Source of the DNA: Paracoccaceae bacterium | GTDB lineage: Bacteria > Pseudomonadota > Alphaproteobacteria > Rhodobacterales > Rhodobacteraceae | DNA length: 64,000 nucleotides | NCBI GenBank assembly: GCA_029242355.1 | Contig: JAQWUC010000068.1 | Coordinates: 55,797 to 119,796, forward strand | Direction: 5' to 3' | Shown: piece after piece, positions 55,616 through 64,000 of the stretch | How the letters are laid out: every line of letters begins with the position of its first letter | Numbering within the stretch: position 1 is the stretch's first letter | Made by a program: the position numbers and the translations under genes | The notes under the pieces: model-generated | The model's database searches: none | What the model was told of the DNA's origin: nothing | Seen by the model: only the letters and a program-made list of their open reading frames with translations

Positions 55616-57565
55616 TCAAACAAATTTTCTATCAATTATTTCCTTAAAACTCTTTTCAAAAACTTCCTTATCACCTTCATAAGCGAATATTGAAGCTTCA
55701 ATAAAAAACGACTTATTGTCACATTTTACCATAAATTTTGACCTAGTGCTAACCAACCAATCTTTTCTTTTTAAGCTTTGAAACCAGTCAATATCTATTC
55801 TGGCAGATAAAGGGTCATCGTCCTTAATAGTCCATCGCTCGATTACAAAACTATCCGTTTCCAGTCCATGGTCAAGATCAAGAAAACAACCAGAATCATG
55901 TTTCACTTCAACAACCCTAGATTCAGAGGATTTGTCAAAAAACTCTTTTCGACTAGATGTCGGTGAGCTTTTAATTTTGCAGTTCGAAGGTTCTCCGGTG
56001 ACCGGATTATCCAAAATATTAGTTTCTTCATATTTAGATATGTCAATTTTACTTATATTAAGTGAGCCAGAAAAAATTTTTATTTTAGTGAGCTCTGGTG
56101 ATGGCCAGATGAAAGGCCAGTAAGAACTAGAGATAGCCAATCTAAACCTGTGTCCTTTGGGTATAAAATATGCTATGTGATCTAGTGTTATGCCTACATT
56201 TATACGTTTGCCGATCTCAAGTTCTTTGGGTTCTTCAAAAGAGTCTACCATTGTCAAATTTATAAACCCATGAGTAATTAGAGCTGAAGTCCCATCCGGT
56301 CTCAAATCACAAAGCCTGATAGCTAACTGTGCTAAAGGCTTGTCTGACGATAAAACCAAATTCAACAAAGGAGCTCCAATCAGATTAATACCCTCTTTTA
56401 AAACCATTCCATCAAAGCAAAGTGATTTCTCATCATCTGAGATCTGATCCGCGGGTAGCTCTGGACCAAAATTGTAAGGAAAAAACTCTCCTGCTTGAGT
56501 GCCGACAATATTACCAGATGGCACTTCTAAAAAGTCTGGACGAATTTTTTCGTCGGCCCCCAATATCCCATTACCAAGAAGCAGGGTATCTAATGGGATT
56601 ACCTGTTTAAAATCACTATCTATACTTTTCCATTCTCCCGGTCTCAATTTCAGTCGTCGCTGTGGTTTGACACTATCCATAATATAAAGCCGGTAATCAG
56701 GATCGTTCTCAACATTAGTATCAATATTCTTTAACCATTTATCCCACCATCTAAGAGCCTCTTGAAGAAATCCTATCTTTGGCTCTGGTTCAGCTAAATG
56801 CGGGTATCTATGATTCCACGGACCCAATATACCTTTTACAGGTGACTCTAAATTAGAAACTAATTTTGATACTGTATTCCGATAGCCGTCATGCCATCCT
56901 CCGACAGCAAGAACTGCAGCCTTAATTGACCCATAATCCTCACATACGGATCCATGTTGCCAATACTCATCTCTTTTTTGATGCAAAAGCCACGTATCGG
57001 CCAAAAGTGGAATATTCTTAAGTCTGTAAATCCATTCGTATCGCCAATCTTCCCCAAATATTTTTGGGTCTGGTGGCCGTGACGAATACGATAACATCCG
57101 CCCAGCCCACGTAAAATTCACACCAAGCAAACATCCCCCTTTATAGTGTATATCATCCGCAAAACGGTCCACACTAGAACAAACCGTAATGATCGCTTTC
57201 AATGGATCTGGCCTCATCGCTGCAACTTGAAGGCTATTAAAACCACCCCATGAAATTCCCATCATCCCAATTTTACCAGAACACCACGGCTGTTCTACAA
57301 GCCAATTAATTGTATCCACAGCATCATCTAATTCTTGCTGTAAATATTCATCGGCCATAAGACCCTGACTGTCTCCGTTGCCTCGTGTGTCTGTTCTGAC
57401 ACAAGCATAACCATTTTTTGCAAACCAACTATGATTAAGAGAGTCACGTGATGCTGTCCCATCCCTTTTTCGGTAAGGGAGATGTTCTAATATAGCAGGA
57501 ACCGGTTGAGAGTTTGCATTTTTTGGGAGCCAAACTCTTGCTGACAGAACGCAACCATCACGCAT
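55616..57565 (-). CDS. CocE/NonD-family (peptidase S15-like) hydrolase
   Basis: MRDG..L.A.VWLP start, nucleophile GISWGG, a large C-terminal beta-sandwich-sized region. 649 aa. Confidence 0.8.
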   Translation of the reverse strand: MRDGCVLSARVWLPKNANSQPVPAILEHLPYRKRDGTASRDSLNHSWFAKNGYACVRTDTRGNGDSQGLMADEYLQQELDDAVDTINWLVEQPWCSGKIGMMGISWGGFNSLQVAAMRPDPLKAIITVCSSVDRFADDIHYKGGCLLGVNFTWAGRMLSYSSRPPDPKIFGEDWRYEWIYRLKNIPLLADTWLLHQKRDEYWQHGSVCEDYGSIKAAVLAVGGWHDGYRNTVSKLVSNLESPVKGILGPWNHRYPHLAEPEPKIGFLQEALRWWDKWLKNIDTNVENDPDYRLYIMDSVKPQRRLKLRPGEWKSIDSDFKQVIPLDTLLLGNGILGADEKIRPDFLEVPSGNIVGTQAGEFFPYNFGPELPADQISDDEKSLCFDGMVLKEGINLIGAPLLNLVLSSDKPLAQLAIRLCDLRPDGTSALITHGFINLTMVDSFEEPKELEIGKRINVGITLDHIAYFIPKGHRFRLAISSSYWPFIWPSPELTKIKIFSGSLNISKIDISKYEETNILDNPVTGEPSNCKIKSSPTSSRKEFFDKSSESRVVEVKHDSGCFLDLDHGLETDSFVIERWTIKDDDPLSARIDIDWFQSLKRKDWLVSTRSKFMVKCDNKSFFIEASIFAYEGDKEVFEKSFKEIIDRKFV

Positions 57566-57615
57566 TGTAATCTTAAAGTTAGGAAACTCTGTTACATCTA
57601 AATAATTACTTTGTT

Positions 57616-58122
57616 TTATAGGAATCCTCCATCAAGAAATTGTCCCGTAACTCCTACCTTCGAATTGACCAAATCCTTAAAACGATTAAGCGTGTCATCA
57701 TTATCTAATGCCCATCCAGTTGGTGATTGAGGAACAGTTTTTGAACGTAATGCAAATACATAAGCCTTGAAACTTTTGACCGCTTTATCTGAAGAATACT
57801 CTTTTTTCTTTTCTGGTGCTTCAAGAGATCCAAATAAGGGTTTTAGCTTTCGAGGTTTTCTTGGATTCACGTAATACATTCGAAAATATGAAAAATCCTT
57901 CAATAACTCTACTGCCATGTGCTGGGCCTTAACTTCAGATAGGAACCGAAGTATATCTTCAGCAGGTTCAAGAATTTCTTCAAAATAGACTTCTCTGTAA
58001 ATCTCTGACAGCCCAACGGCATACTTTTTGGCCAAACTATCCATAGGCTGCGTCAGCGATAAATATTCGCTGGCAGTTCTCACAATAGAAATATCAAAAA
58101 TCCAATCAGGAGCGTAACTCAA
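57616..58122 (-). CDS. Hypothetical protein, no recognisable family
   Basis: 168-aa ORF with a TTG start and no motif I can place. Coding status rests only on ORF length and its fit in the gap between flanking genes. Confidence 0.4.
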   Translation of the reverse strand: MSYAPDWIFDISIVRTASEYLSLTQPMDSLAKKYAVGLSEIYREVYFEEILEPAEDILRFLSEVKAQHMAVELLKDFSYFRMYYVNPRKPRKLKPLFGSLEAPEKKKEYSSDKAVKSFKAYVFALRSKTVPQSPTGWALDNDDTLNRFKDLVNSKVGVTGQFLDGGFL

Positions 58123-58217
58123 AGGCCCTCACAATTATTTAAATTAAATTACCACAAGTTTATAGACTCTACTTTGAAAATATAAAGTAATAAGAATGAA
58201 AATAAAGGAAATATTGT

Positions 58218-59249
58218 TTAATATGGTGCTGATACCTTGATAGACGTTAACTGCTTATAGGGATTGTCAGGTGTGGAAATAATACTTGGGAAGGATGGAA
58301 TAGTTAAACTGGAGGGAAATTTTTGAGGTTCAAGGCAAAATCCCTCAAAAGATTTATATTGCTTACCATTGCACCCAAGGTGTGCACTAGACAAATTTTT
58401 TCCTGAGTAAAATTGAAGTCCAGGTTGATCAGTAAATATCTCTAAAATCATACCATTTTTTACACAAACAGTCGCTACTGGCGCAGACAGACTCCTGTCA
58501 GAAGGTAAAACAAGATTAATATCTATACCTATTTTTTCAGGATCGAGTTTTTTAAAAGTTTTTGGCGTTCTAAGATCCCAATTACTTTTCTGACCTTGCG
58601 TTCGATACATCTCCAAAGATAAGATTTTCCCATTGGGAATTAGCGTTTTATCTGTCGGCGTGTATGACGAAGCTATGCTTTGAAAACTATGTTCCCAAAT
58701 ATTTCCACTTCCCATCAAATTATAATAATTGTGCTGAGCCAAATTTATTGGAGTTGGTCTATCAGGAATTGCGCTCATTTCGTACGAAAGCGTATTCCCT
58801 TTAAGACTAACAACTACTGTAACATCGACTGATCCAGGATAACCTTCCTCTAAGTGCGAGGAACCATACGTCATCTGGACAGCACAGTTTTTGGAATCAA
58901 ATTCAAAATCCCAATTCCGTTTGCCAAAACCAGAATGTCCACCATGAAGGTGGTGTGGGTAACTATTTATAGGTAACCGATATTCAAAGTTGTCAAGCTT
59001 AAATCGACCATTTTGAGTTCTATTAGCCACCCGCCCCGCAATAATCCCAATATAATTATCATCTGACTGGTATGCCTCTAATGAGTCAAATCCAAGCAAA
59101 ATAGGAATGCGAGAATCCTCGGCCTTGACGAACCAATTTTTTGTTATTGCACCAAAACTTAAGATTGACACAGAGCTTGTATCGCTCTGTAATAACGCCT
59201 CTTTAACGGCAAAGCCATCAATACTCCCAATTTCTTTTACCGAAATCAC
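58218..59249 (-). CDS. galM: Aldose 1-epimerase (mutarotase)
   Basis: GRVANRTQNGRFKLDNFEYRLPIN...HHLHGG and the FCLEPQ pattern. 343 aa. Directly downstream of xylA. Confidence 0.85.
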   Translation of the reverse strand: MISVKEIGSIDGFAVKEALLQSDTSSVSILSFGAITKNWFVKAEDSRIPILLGFDSLEAYQSDDNYIGIIAGRVANRTQNGRFKLDNFEYRLPINSYPHHLHGGHSGFGKRNWDFEFDSKNCAVQMTYGSSHLEEGYPGSVDVTVVVSLKGNTLSYEMSAIPDRPTPINLAQHNYYNLMGSGNIWEHSFQSIASSYTPTDKTLIPNGKILSLEMYRTQGQKSNWDLRTPKTFKKLDPEKIGIDINLVLPSDRSLSAPVATVCVKNGMILEIFTDQPGLQFYSGKNLSSAHLGCNGKQYKSFEGFCLEPQKFPSSLTIPSFPSIISTPDNPYKQLTSIKVSAPY

Positions 59250-59251
59250 CT

Positions 59252-60577
59252 TTAGACAAACCTATTCACAACATTTTCTAAATATTCCTGCTTTCCAGAC
59301 TTCGGTTTAGGATTAATATCTTGGTTTTTTACATTTTCATAGATTTCAGATAGGCCCATGTCACCTGACAAAATGCTTCTTGATATAGGATCATTCCATC
59401 CACTGTAGCGGGCTTCAATAAAGCCAGCTAGTTCACCATCTTCAATCATTGAAGCAGCAGCACGAAGTGCGCGTGCACAAATATCCATAGCGCCAATATG
59501 GGCTAACAACAAATCTTCGGGATCGAGCGATTGCCTTCTTAATTTTGCATCAAAATTCGTACCACCCGACTGGAATCCACCATTACTTAAAATATGAAAA
59601 TATGATAACGCAACCTCTTGCGCATTGTTGGGAAATTGATCTGTGTCCCATCCCGATTGATAATCATTACGATTCATATCAATCGAACCAAATATTCCGA
59701 GTGAATTAGCTAAAGCGATCTCGTGTTCAAAGCTGTGTCCAGCCAATATTGCATGTCCTTGTTCAATATTGACTTTAACTTCATTTTCAAGACCGTGCCG
59801 TTTCAAAAAACCATACACCGATGCTACATCATAATCATATTGATGTTTTGTTGGCTCTTGAGGTTTTGGCTCAATTAAAATAGATCCGCCAAAACCAATC
59901 TTATGCTTATAATCAACCACCAGATTTAAAAAGCGCCCCATCTGTTTATCTTCGCGAGATAAGTCTGTGTTTAAAAGAGTTTCATAGCCTTCTCTTCCAC
60001 CCCAAAGAACGTAATTCTGGCCTCCTAATTTATGGGTAGAATCCATACAAGTTTTTACCGTTGCAGCCGCGAAAGCAAATACCTCCGGGTCAGGGTTTGT
60101 AGCAGCCCCAGACATATAACGACGATGTGTAAATAAATTAGCCGTACCCCAAAGTAATTTTCTACCTGTTTCATCCTGCTTTTTTAAGAAGTACTCAGTA
60201 ATTTCTTCTAAATTTCGAGTATTTTCGGAAAAAGTTTTACCTTCAGGCCTAACGTCAAAATCATGGAAACAATAAAAAGGTACATTTAAAATCGAAAACA
60301 TTTGAAAAGCTATATCTGCTTTAAGCTTTGCCGCTTCCATTGTATCGCCATGCATTTGGTCAGCAAACCAAGGTCGTTCAAACGTCTGGCCACCAAAAGG
60401 ATCATTGCCAGGCCAACCAAACGAGTGCCAATAACAAACAGCAAATCGCAAATGATCTTCCATCGTTTTTCCAAAGACCTCTGCATTAGGGTCATAGTGT
60501 CTAAAAGCCATCGGATTACGTGATTCTGGACCCTCGTATTTTATTGATTCTATATTGCCAAAAAAACTATTACTCAT
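59252..60577 (-). CDS. xylA: Xylose isomerase
   Basis: 441 aa. [38 protein letters not shown] and the FEHE metal-site pattern. Confidence 0.92.
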   Translation of the reverse strand: MSNSFFGNIESIKYEGPESRNPMAFRHYDPNAEVFGKTMEDHLRFAVCYWHSFGWPGNDPFGGQTFERPWFADQMHGDTMEAAKLKADIAFQMFSILNVPFYCFHDFDVRPEGKTFSENTRNLEEITEYFLKKQDETGRKLLWGTANLFTHRRYMSGAATNPDPEVFAFAAATVKTCMDSTHKLGGQNYVLWGGREGYETLLNTDLSREDKQMGRFLNLVVDYKHKIGFGGSILIEPKPQEPTKHQYDYDVASVYGFLKRHGLENEVKVNIEQGHAILAGHSFEHEIALANSLGIFGSIDMNRNDYQSGWDTDQFPNNAQEVALSYFHILSNGGFQSGGTNFDAKLRRQSLDPEDLLLAHIGAMDICARALRAAASMIEDGELAGFIEARYSGWNDPISRSILSGDMGLSEIYENVKNQDINPKPKSGKQEYLENVVNRFV

Positions 60578-62025
60578 TTTAATTCCTTTATACTGGGGTA
60601 TATTTTCTTAAAAACTTGATACGCATCATCATATACAGCTTCAAGCCTTGAATTGGGTTCAATCACCTTATCTACGCTCGGCTCTGTTATGATTTCTTCA
60701 GGAGAGGCACCTTCGCCAGCAATCAACGCCAACCGAGCAGCTCCTAATGCAGCACCTAATTCTCCTTTTTTAGGAAGTAAAACAGTAAGATTTAAAATAT
60801 TCGCTATTGTCCTCAACCAAAAATTTGATTGAACACCCCCTCCCAACGCATACAACTTTTCAATTTTTGCGCCAGTTTTCTTCAAAGCACTTAAATTTTC
60901 TTTTAAAGCAAATGCCACGCCCTCAAAAACTGCCTGAGTTAGAATGGAATTATCGTGACCAATATCTAAACCTATAAAAGCTCCTCTGGTGATCGAGTCA
61001 TTATGCGGTGTCCGTTCTCCAGCTAAATAAGGTGCAAATTTTAATTTAGTTGGTCCATTCGGTTCTTCCGGCACTAAACTTGCCAACTCAGCTGGCATTT
61101 TCCCAGAAATTTTTGATAACCAATTTAAACTATCTGTCGCCGCTAAAATAACTCCCATTTGATACCACTTGTGTGGAACCGCATGACAAAATGTATGAAC
61201 AGCTGTTTCAGGTGATGGGAAACAGCCGTCGCGGGCAGCAAGTAATACTCCAGAAGTTCCAAGCGAAACAAAACCTTGACCTTCAGACATTACACCGCAA
61301 CCACATGCAGCTGCCGCATTATCTCCAGCTCCTCCTACGACAACAACATCACCTAAAATATTCCATTGCTGTTTAAACTTTCTTTTTAAAAGCCCCCCAA
61401 CCTCAGAGCCTTCAATCAATTTAGGCATTTGTTCGACATTTAAGCCACTTAAATTTATCAATTGCTCGGACCAGTAACGATTTTTTAAATTAAGCCAACT
61501 GGTACCTGAAGCATCCGACATTTCTGAAATTAAGTCTCCGGTCAACCAAAAACGTAAATAATCTTTCGGTAAAAGTACTTTTGCTATTTTTTTAAAATTA
61601 TTCGGCTCATGTTCTTTAATCCAAGAAATTTTTGGTGCGGTAAATCCAGGGAACACGATATTGCCAGAAACTTCTCTAAATACTCCATTATCATCCATTT
61701 TTTGAGCTTGATCGAAGGAGCGTGTATCGTTCCAAAGAATGCAAGATCTGATAACCTTACCATCTTTATCCAGCAGCGTTGCACCATGCATCTGACCAGA
61801 TATTCCGATACCCCTAAGCGCTGATACTTGCGATGAAAATCGACTGGAAAGAGAATTCATTACGCTTTCGCAGGCTTTTATCCAATCTTCTGGGTTTTGC
61901 TCAGACCAGCCAGTTGCGAAATTTTCAACTCCATAACTTATTTCAGCGCTACCTATAAGTTCCTGGTTCTCCGATATTAAAAGACCTTTCAAACCAGACG
62001 TGCCAAGATCTAATCCAAGATACAT
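60574..62025 (-). CDS. xylB: Xylulokinase
   Basis: [17 protein letters not shown] and the FGGY-kinase pattern. 483 aa. ATGA-type overlap with xylA. Confidence 0.9.
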   Translation of the reverse strand: MYLGLDLGTSGLKGLLISENQELIGSAEISYGVENFATGWSEQNPEDWIKACESVMNSLSSRFSSQVSALRGIGISGQMHGATLLDKDGKVIRSCILWNDTRSFDQAQKMDDNGVFREVSGNIVFPGFTAPKISWIKEHEPNNFKKIAKVLLPKDYLRFWLTGDLISEMSDASGTSWLNLKNRYWSEQLINLSGLNVEQMPKLIEGSEVGGLLKRKFKQQWNILGDVVVVGGAGDNAAAACGCGVMSEGQGFVSLGTSGVLLAARDGCFPSPETAVHTFCHAVPHKWYQMGVILAATDSLNWLSKISGKMPAELASLVPEEPNGPTKLKFAPYLAGERTPHNDSITRGAFIGLDIGHDNSILTQAVFEGVAFALKENLSALKKTGAKIEKLYALGGGVQSNFWLRTIANILNLTVLLPKKGELGAALGAARLALIAGEGASPEEIITEPSVDKVIEPNSRLEAVYDDAYQVFKKIYPSIKELK

Positions 62026-62129
62026 ATAAAACCTTTCCTCAAGTATAAAACTTATATTTCATTGTGCGGTTTCGTAAAGCACTATATAAAACTATGTAAT
62101 AAAAATTTTTAAATAAAAGAAAGATAAGA

Positions 62130-63119
62130 ATGATACGGTGGGGAGTTTTATCAACTGCAAAAATCGCACGGGAGCACGTTGTTCCAGCAATTCTTGAAGC
62201 TAAAGGAGCTCAATTAATAGCGATAGGAAGCCGTAGTATTCGAAAAGCTACGGAGATGGCAGAGCATTTTGGCGCGCCACAAAGTTACGGTAGCTATGAA
62301 GAGCTCTTATCAGCAAAAGACATTGACGCCGTTTATATTCCATCTCCTACATCTAGCCACGTTCAATGGTCAACCAAAGCTGCTCAAATGGGAAAATATG
62401 TGCTTTGCGAAAAACCCTTGGCACTAAAAGCTGAGGATATTGATACTCTCATAGAAATAGAGGAAAAAAATAAAGTCTTCATCTCGGAAGCCTTTATGGT
62501 TGCTTACCACCCTCAATGGCACCGCGTCAAGGAGCTGATACAAGATGGTAGCATAGGATCACTCAGGCATATTCAAGGAGCTTTCACCTATTTTAACAAA
62601 GATCCAAATAATATGAGAAATCAACCAGAATTAGGAGGCGGTGGCTTGCCTGATATTGGCGTCTATCCAGTCGTTACAACTCGTTTGACAACTCTTAAAG
62701 AACCCCATTCTGTGATAGCGTCGATTAAGTACGACAAAGATTTCAAAACTGATATGTTTGCATCTGCACAAGTTCAGTTTGATAATTTTGATTTAAGTTT
62801 TTATTGTTCAACTCAAATGGCTCTTCGACAGCATATGACTTTTCACGGCGAGACTGGGAGGATAGAAGTTCACGCCCCATTTAATGCAAGAGTTTATGGG
62901 CACGCCAGAGTAACGCTCCATTCTCAAGATAATTTAAAAATTCAAGAATTTAAATTTGGAGATGCAAATCAGTATAAACTCCAAATAGAAAAATTCAGTT
63001 TTGCAATTAAATCTGGATTGCGAGACTCTATTTTCAATTTGACCTCATCAAAAAATAATCAAAAGGTAATCGACGCTATATATGCGGCAGACAAAAGTGG
63101 TCAGGTAAGTAAAATCTAA
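62130..63119 (+). CDS. Gfo/Idh/MocA-family NAD(P) oxidoreductase
   Basis: IRWGVLSTAKIAREHVVPAI, the CEKPLAL motif, 329 aa. Confidence 0.85.
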   Translation: MIRWGVLSTAKIAREHVVPAILEAKGAQLIAIGSRSIRKATEMAEHFGAPQSYGSYEELLSAKDIDAVYIPSPTSSHVQWSTKAAQMGKYVLCEKPLALKAEDIDTLIEIEEKNKVFISEAFMVAYHPQWHRVKELIQDGSIGSLRHIQGAFTYFNKDPNNMRNQPELGGGGLPDIGVYPVVTTRLTTLKEPHSVIASIKYDKDFKTDMFASAQVQFDNFDLSFYCSTQMALRQHMTFHGETGRIEVHAPFNARVYGHARVTLHSQDNLKIQEFKFGDANQYKLQIEKFSFAIKSGLRDSIFNLTSSKNNQKVIDAIYAADKSGQVSKI

Positions 63120-63127
63120 CGCGACTA

Positions 63128-64000
63128 TTATCTATTAAAAAAAATAAATCCAAGAAAATTCATAAGAATTTGTGCAGCAAGTATTTGTGTTGAACCAGTA
63201 GGATCGTAATCAGGCGCGACTTCGACCAAATCTATCCCAATAACATGGTGTTGTTTAGATACCTCTTGTAGCAACTCCAATACTTCATAATACAAGAATC
63301 CACCATGACTCGGAGTACCAGTACCTGGGGCAATTGAAGGGCAAAAAGCATCAATATCAATTGTCACGTATACATTAGATTTGTTTGGAAATCGCTTAGC
63401 TACCTGTCGCATACCGATCTGACGTGCTTGTCTAACGGACAAGATATCGCTTCCCATTTTTTTTGCATCTTCATAACCAACCTTTGCCGTAGATGATACG
63501 TTACGAATACCCACTTGAAGTAGTCCTTCCACGTAATCTTTCTCCGCCGCCCGTCTCATCGGGTTTCCGTGTCCGTTTTTAACTCCATGTCGTACATCTA
63601 CAAAGTCAAGATGAGCATCAATTTGAAGAACAAAAAAAGATTCAGAGTTATCAAAAGCATTTATACAAGGGATATTTACTGAATGGTCTCCCCCGATTAC
63701 AACAGGAAGAGCACCTGAATTTAAAGCACACCTGACGGCATATTCAATATTCTTATGACTCTTCTCCGATTGAGTATGAATTATGTCTGCATCACCAAGA
63801 TCAACCATACGAACGCTTTCATCAAGATAAACTGCATCGTCCTCATGATCATATGCACCAGCATGACCAAACGAAAATAGCGTTGACCCCTCTCGTACAC
63901 CTCGAGGACCAAATCGCGCTCCAGATCGATACTGAGTGCCTGCGTCAAATGGCGCTCCAATAATAGCAATATCAGCGGAAATTTTTTCCCAATTGGCAAC
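63128..64000 (-). CDS. Arginase-fold ureohydrolase (agmatinase/guanidinobutyrase family), 5' end beyond window
   Basis: The track shows only the Met-initiated part (63128-63808). Hand translation of the same frame stays open to nt 64000 and reads ...ADIAIIGAPFDAGTQYRSGARFGPRGVREGS...VRMVDLGDADI..., the typical family N-terminus. Downstream motifs are GGDHSV, QIDAHLD and DIDAFCP. Confidence 0.8.
   Translation of the reverse strand, partial: VANWEKISADIAIIGAPFDAGTQYRSGARFGPRGVREGSTLFSFGHAGAYDHEDDAVYLDESVRMVDLGDADIIHTQSEKSHKNIEYAVRCALNSGALPVVIGGDHSVNIPCINAFDNSESFFVLQIDAHLDFVDVRHGVKNGHGNPMRRAAEKDYVEGLLQVGIRNVSSTAKVGYEDAKKMGSDILSVRQARQIGMRQVAKRFPNKSNVYVTIDIDAFCPSIAPGTGTPSHGGFLYYEVLELLQEVSKQHHVIGIDLVEVAPDYDPTGSTQILAAQILMNFLGFIFFNR

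Noticed and set aside
57616-57665. An apparent 1-nt inconsistency when I hand-translated the 3' end of the 57616-58122 ORF. My reading near 57655-57662 gave a different C-terminus from the ORF track.
   Set aside because: This is most likely my own character-counting error in a C/T-rich stretch. The computed ORF track is internally consistent (507 nt, 168 aa plus stop), so I kept its coordinates and do not claim a frameshift.
63781-63999. A 72-aa minus-strand ORF at the window edge, which together with 63128-63808 suggests a frameshifted pseudogene.
   Set aside because: Hand translation shows that the frame of 63128-63808 stays open up to nt 64000 and encodes the expected ureohydrolase N-terminus. 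The 72-aa ORF is an alternative-frame artefact and no frameshift is needed.
1-64000. A search for mobile elements, defence systems, CRISPR arrays, toxin-antitoxin pairs, tRNA/rRNA genes or prophage remnants.
   Set aside because: No transposase, integrase or recombinase-like ORF, no short regularly spaced repeat array, no cloverleaf-sized GC-rich non-coding segment and no small two-gene addiction-like cassette was seen. Every non-coding gap over 100 nt (3576-3834, 28998-29301, 30142-30286, 30997-31160, 42531-42959, 62026-62129) reads as a promoter or terminator region.

Overview
This is an AT-rich, very gene-dense chromosomal segment: intergenic gaps are mostly under 50 nt, and many start/stop codons overlap as ATGA or TAATG. 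It looks like a streamlined marine heterotroph, possibly alphaproteobacterial. That guess rests only on gene content and the UxaC sequence type. I found no rRNA, tRNA, CRISPR array, transposase, integrase, phage gene or recognisable defence gene, and the content is almost entirely transport and catabolism.

Contents in order:
1. 1-10323: a sugar ABC importer, a GH1 glycosidase, and a uxaC-uxuB-uxuA hexuronate operon that ends in a DSD1/D-threonine-aldolase-like PLP enzyme.
2. 10365-12617: a divergent pair of an HDAC-type amidohydrolase and an arginase-fold ureohydrolase.
3. 12632-20594: a divergent cluster containing an unusual CoA-transferase::flavin-reductase fusion, an alpha/beta hydrolase, RidA, an aldehyde dehydrogenase, a luciferase-like monooxygenase, a CaiD-like hydratase and a carnitine-dehydrogenase-like enzyme.
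4. 18850-28997: carnitine/gamma-butyrobetaine-type module A (GlxA/CdhR-like regulator, BKACE, acyl-CoA dehydrogenase, ADP-forming CoA ligase) beside a ProVWX-type betaine transporter.
5. 29302-33667: a uronate-dehydrogenase-like gene, a tandem pair of Lin0512-like proteins of unknown function, and an amino-acid ABC system with an oversized permease and no ATPase.
6. 33677-42530: DDAH with an AruH/AruI-like arginine-transaminase pair, and a Dpp-type ABC importer.
7. 42531-42959: a 429-bp regulatory region with two sets of perfect direct repeats.
8. 42960-46191: a ThDP enzyme, a divergent transthyretin-like protein and a DmdA-like aminomethyltransferase.
9. 46215-55582: a second, fuller carnitine-type module B.
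10. 55616-64000: a CocE/NonD hydrolase, an orphan ORF, galM-xylA-xylB, a Gfo/Idh/MocA oxidoreductase and a further ureohydrolase cut by the window edge.

The best candidates for undescribed biology are:
- the CoA-transferase::flavin-reductase plus LLM monooxygenase cluster;
- the ThDP / transthyretin-like / DmdA-like operon with its repeat-rich control region;
- the Lin0512-like pair;
- the duplicated, non-identical carnitine-type modules.

All family assignments come from reading motifs and from remembered reference sequences. No database search was run.
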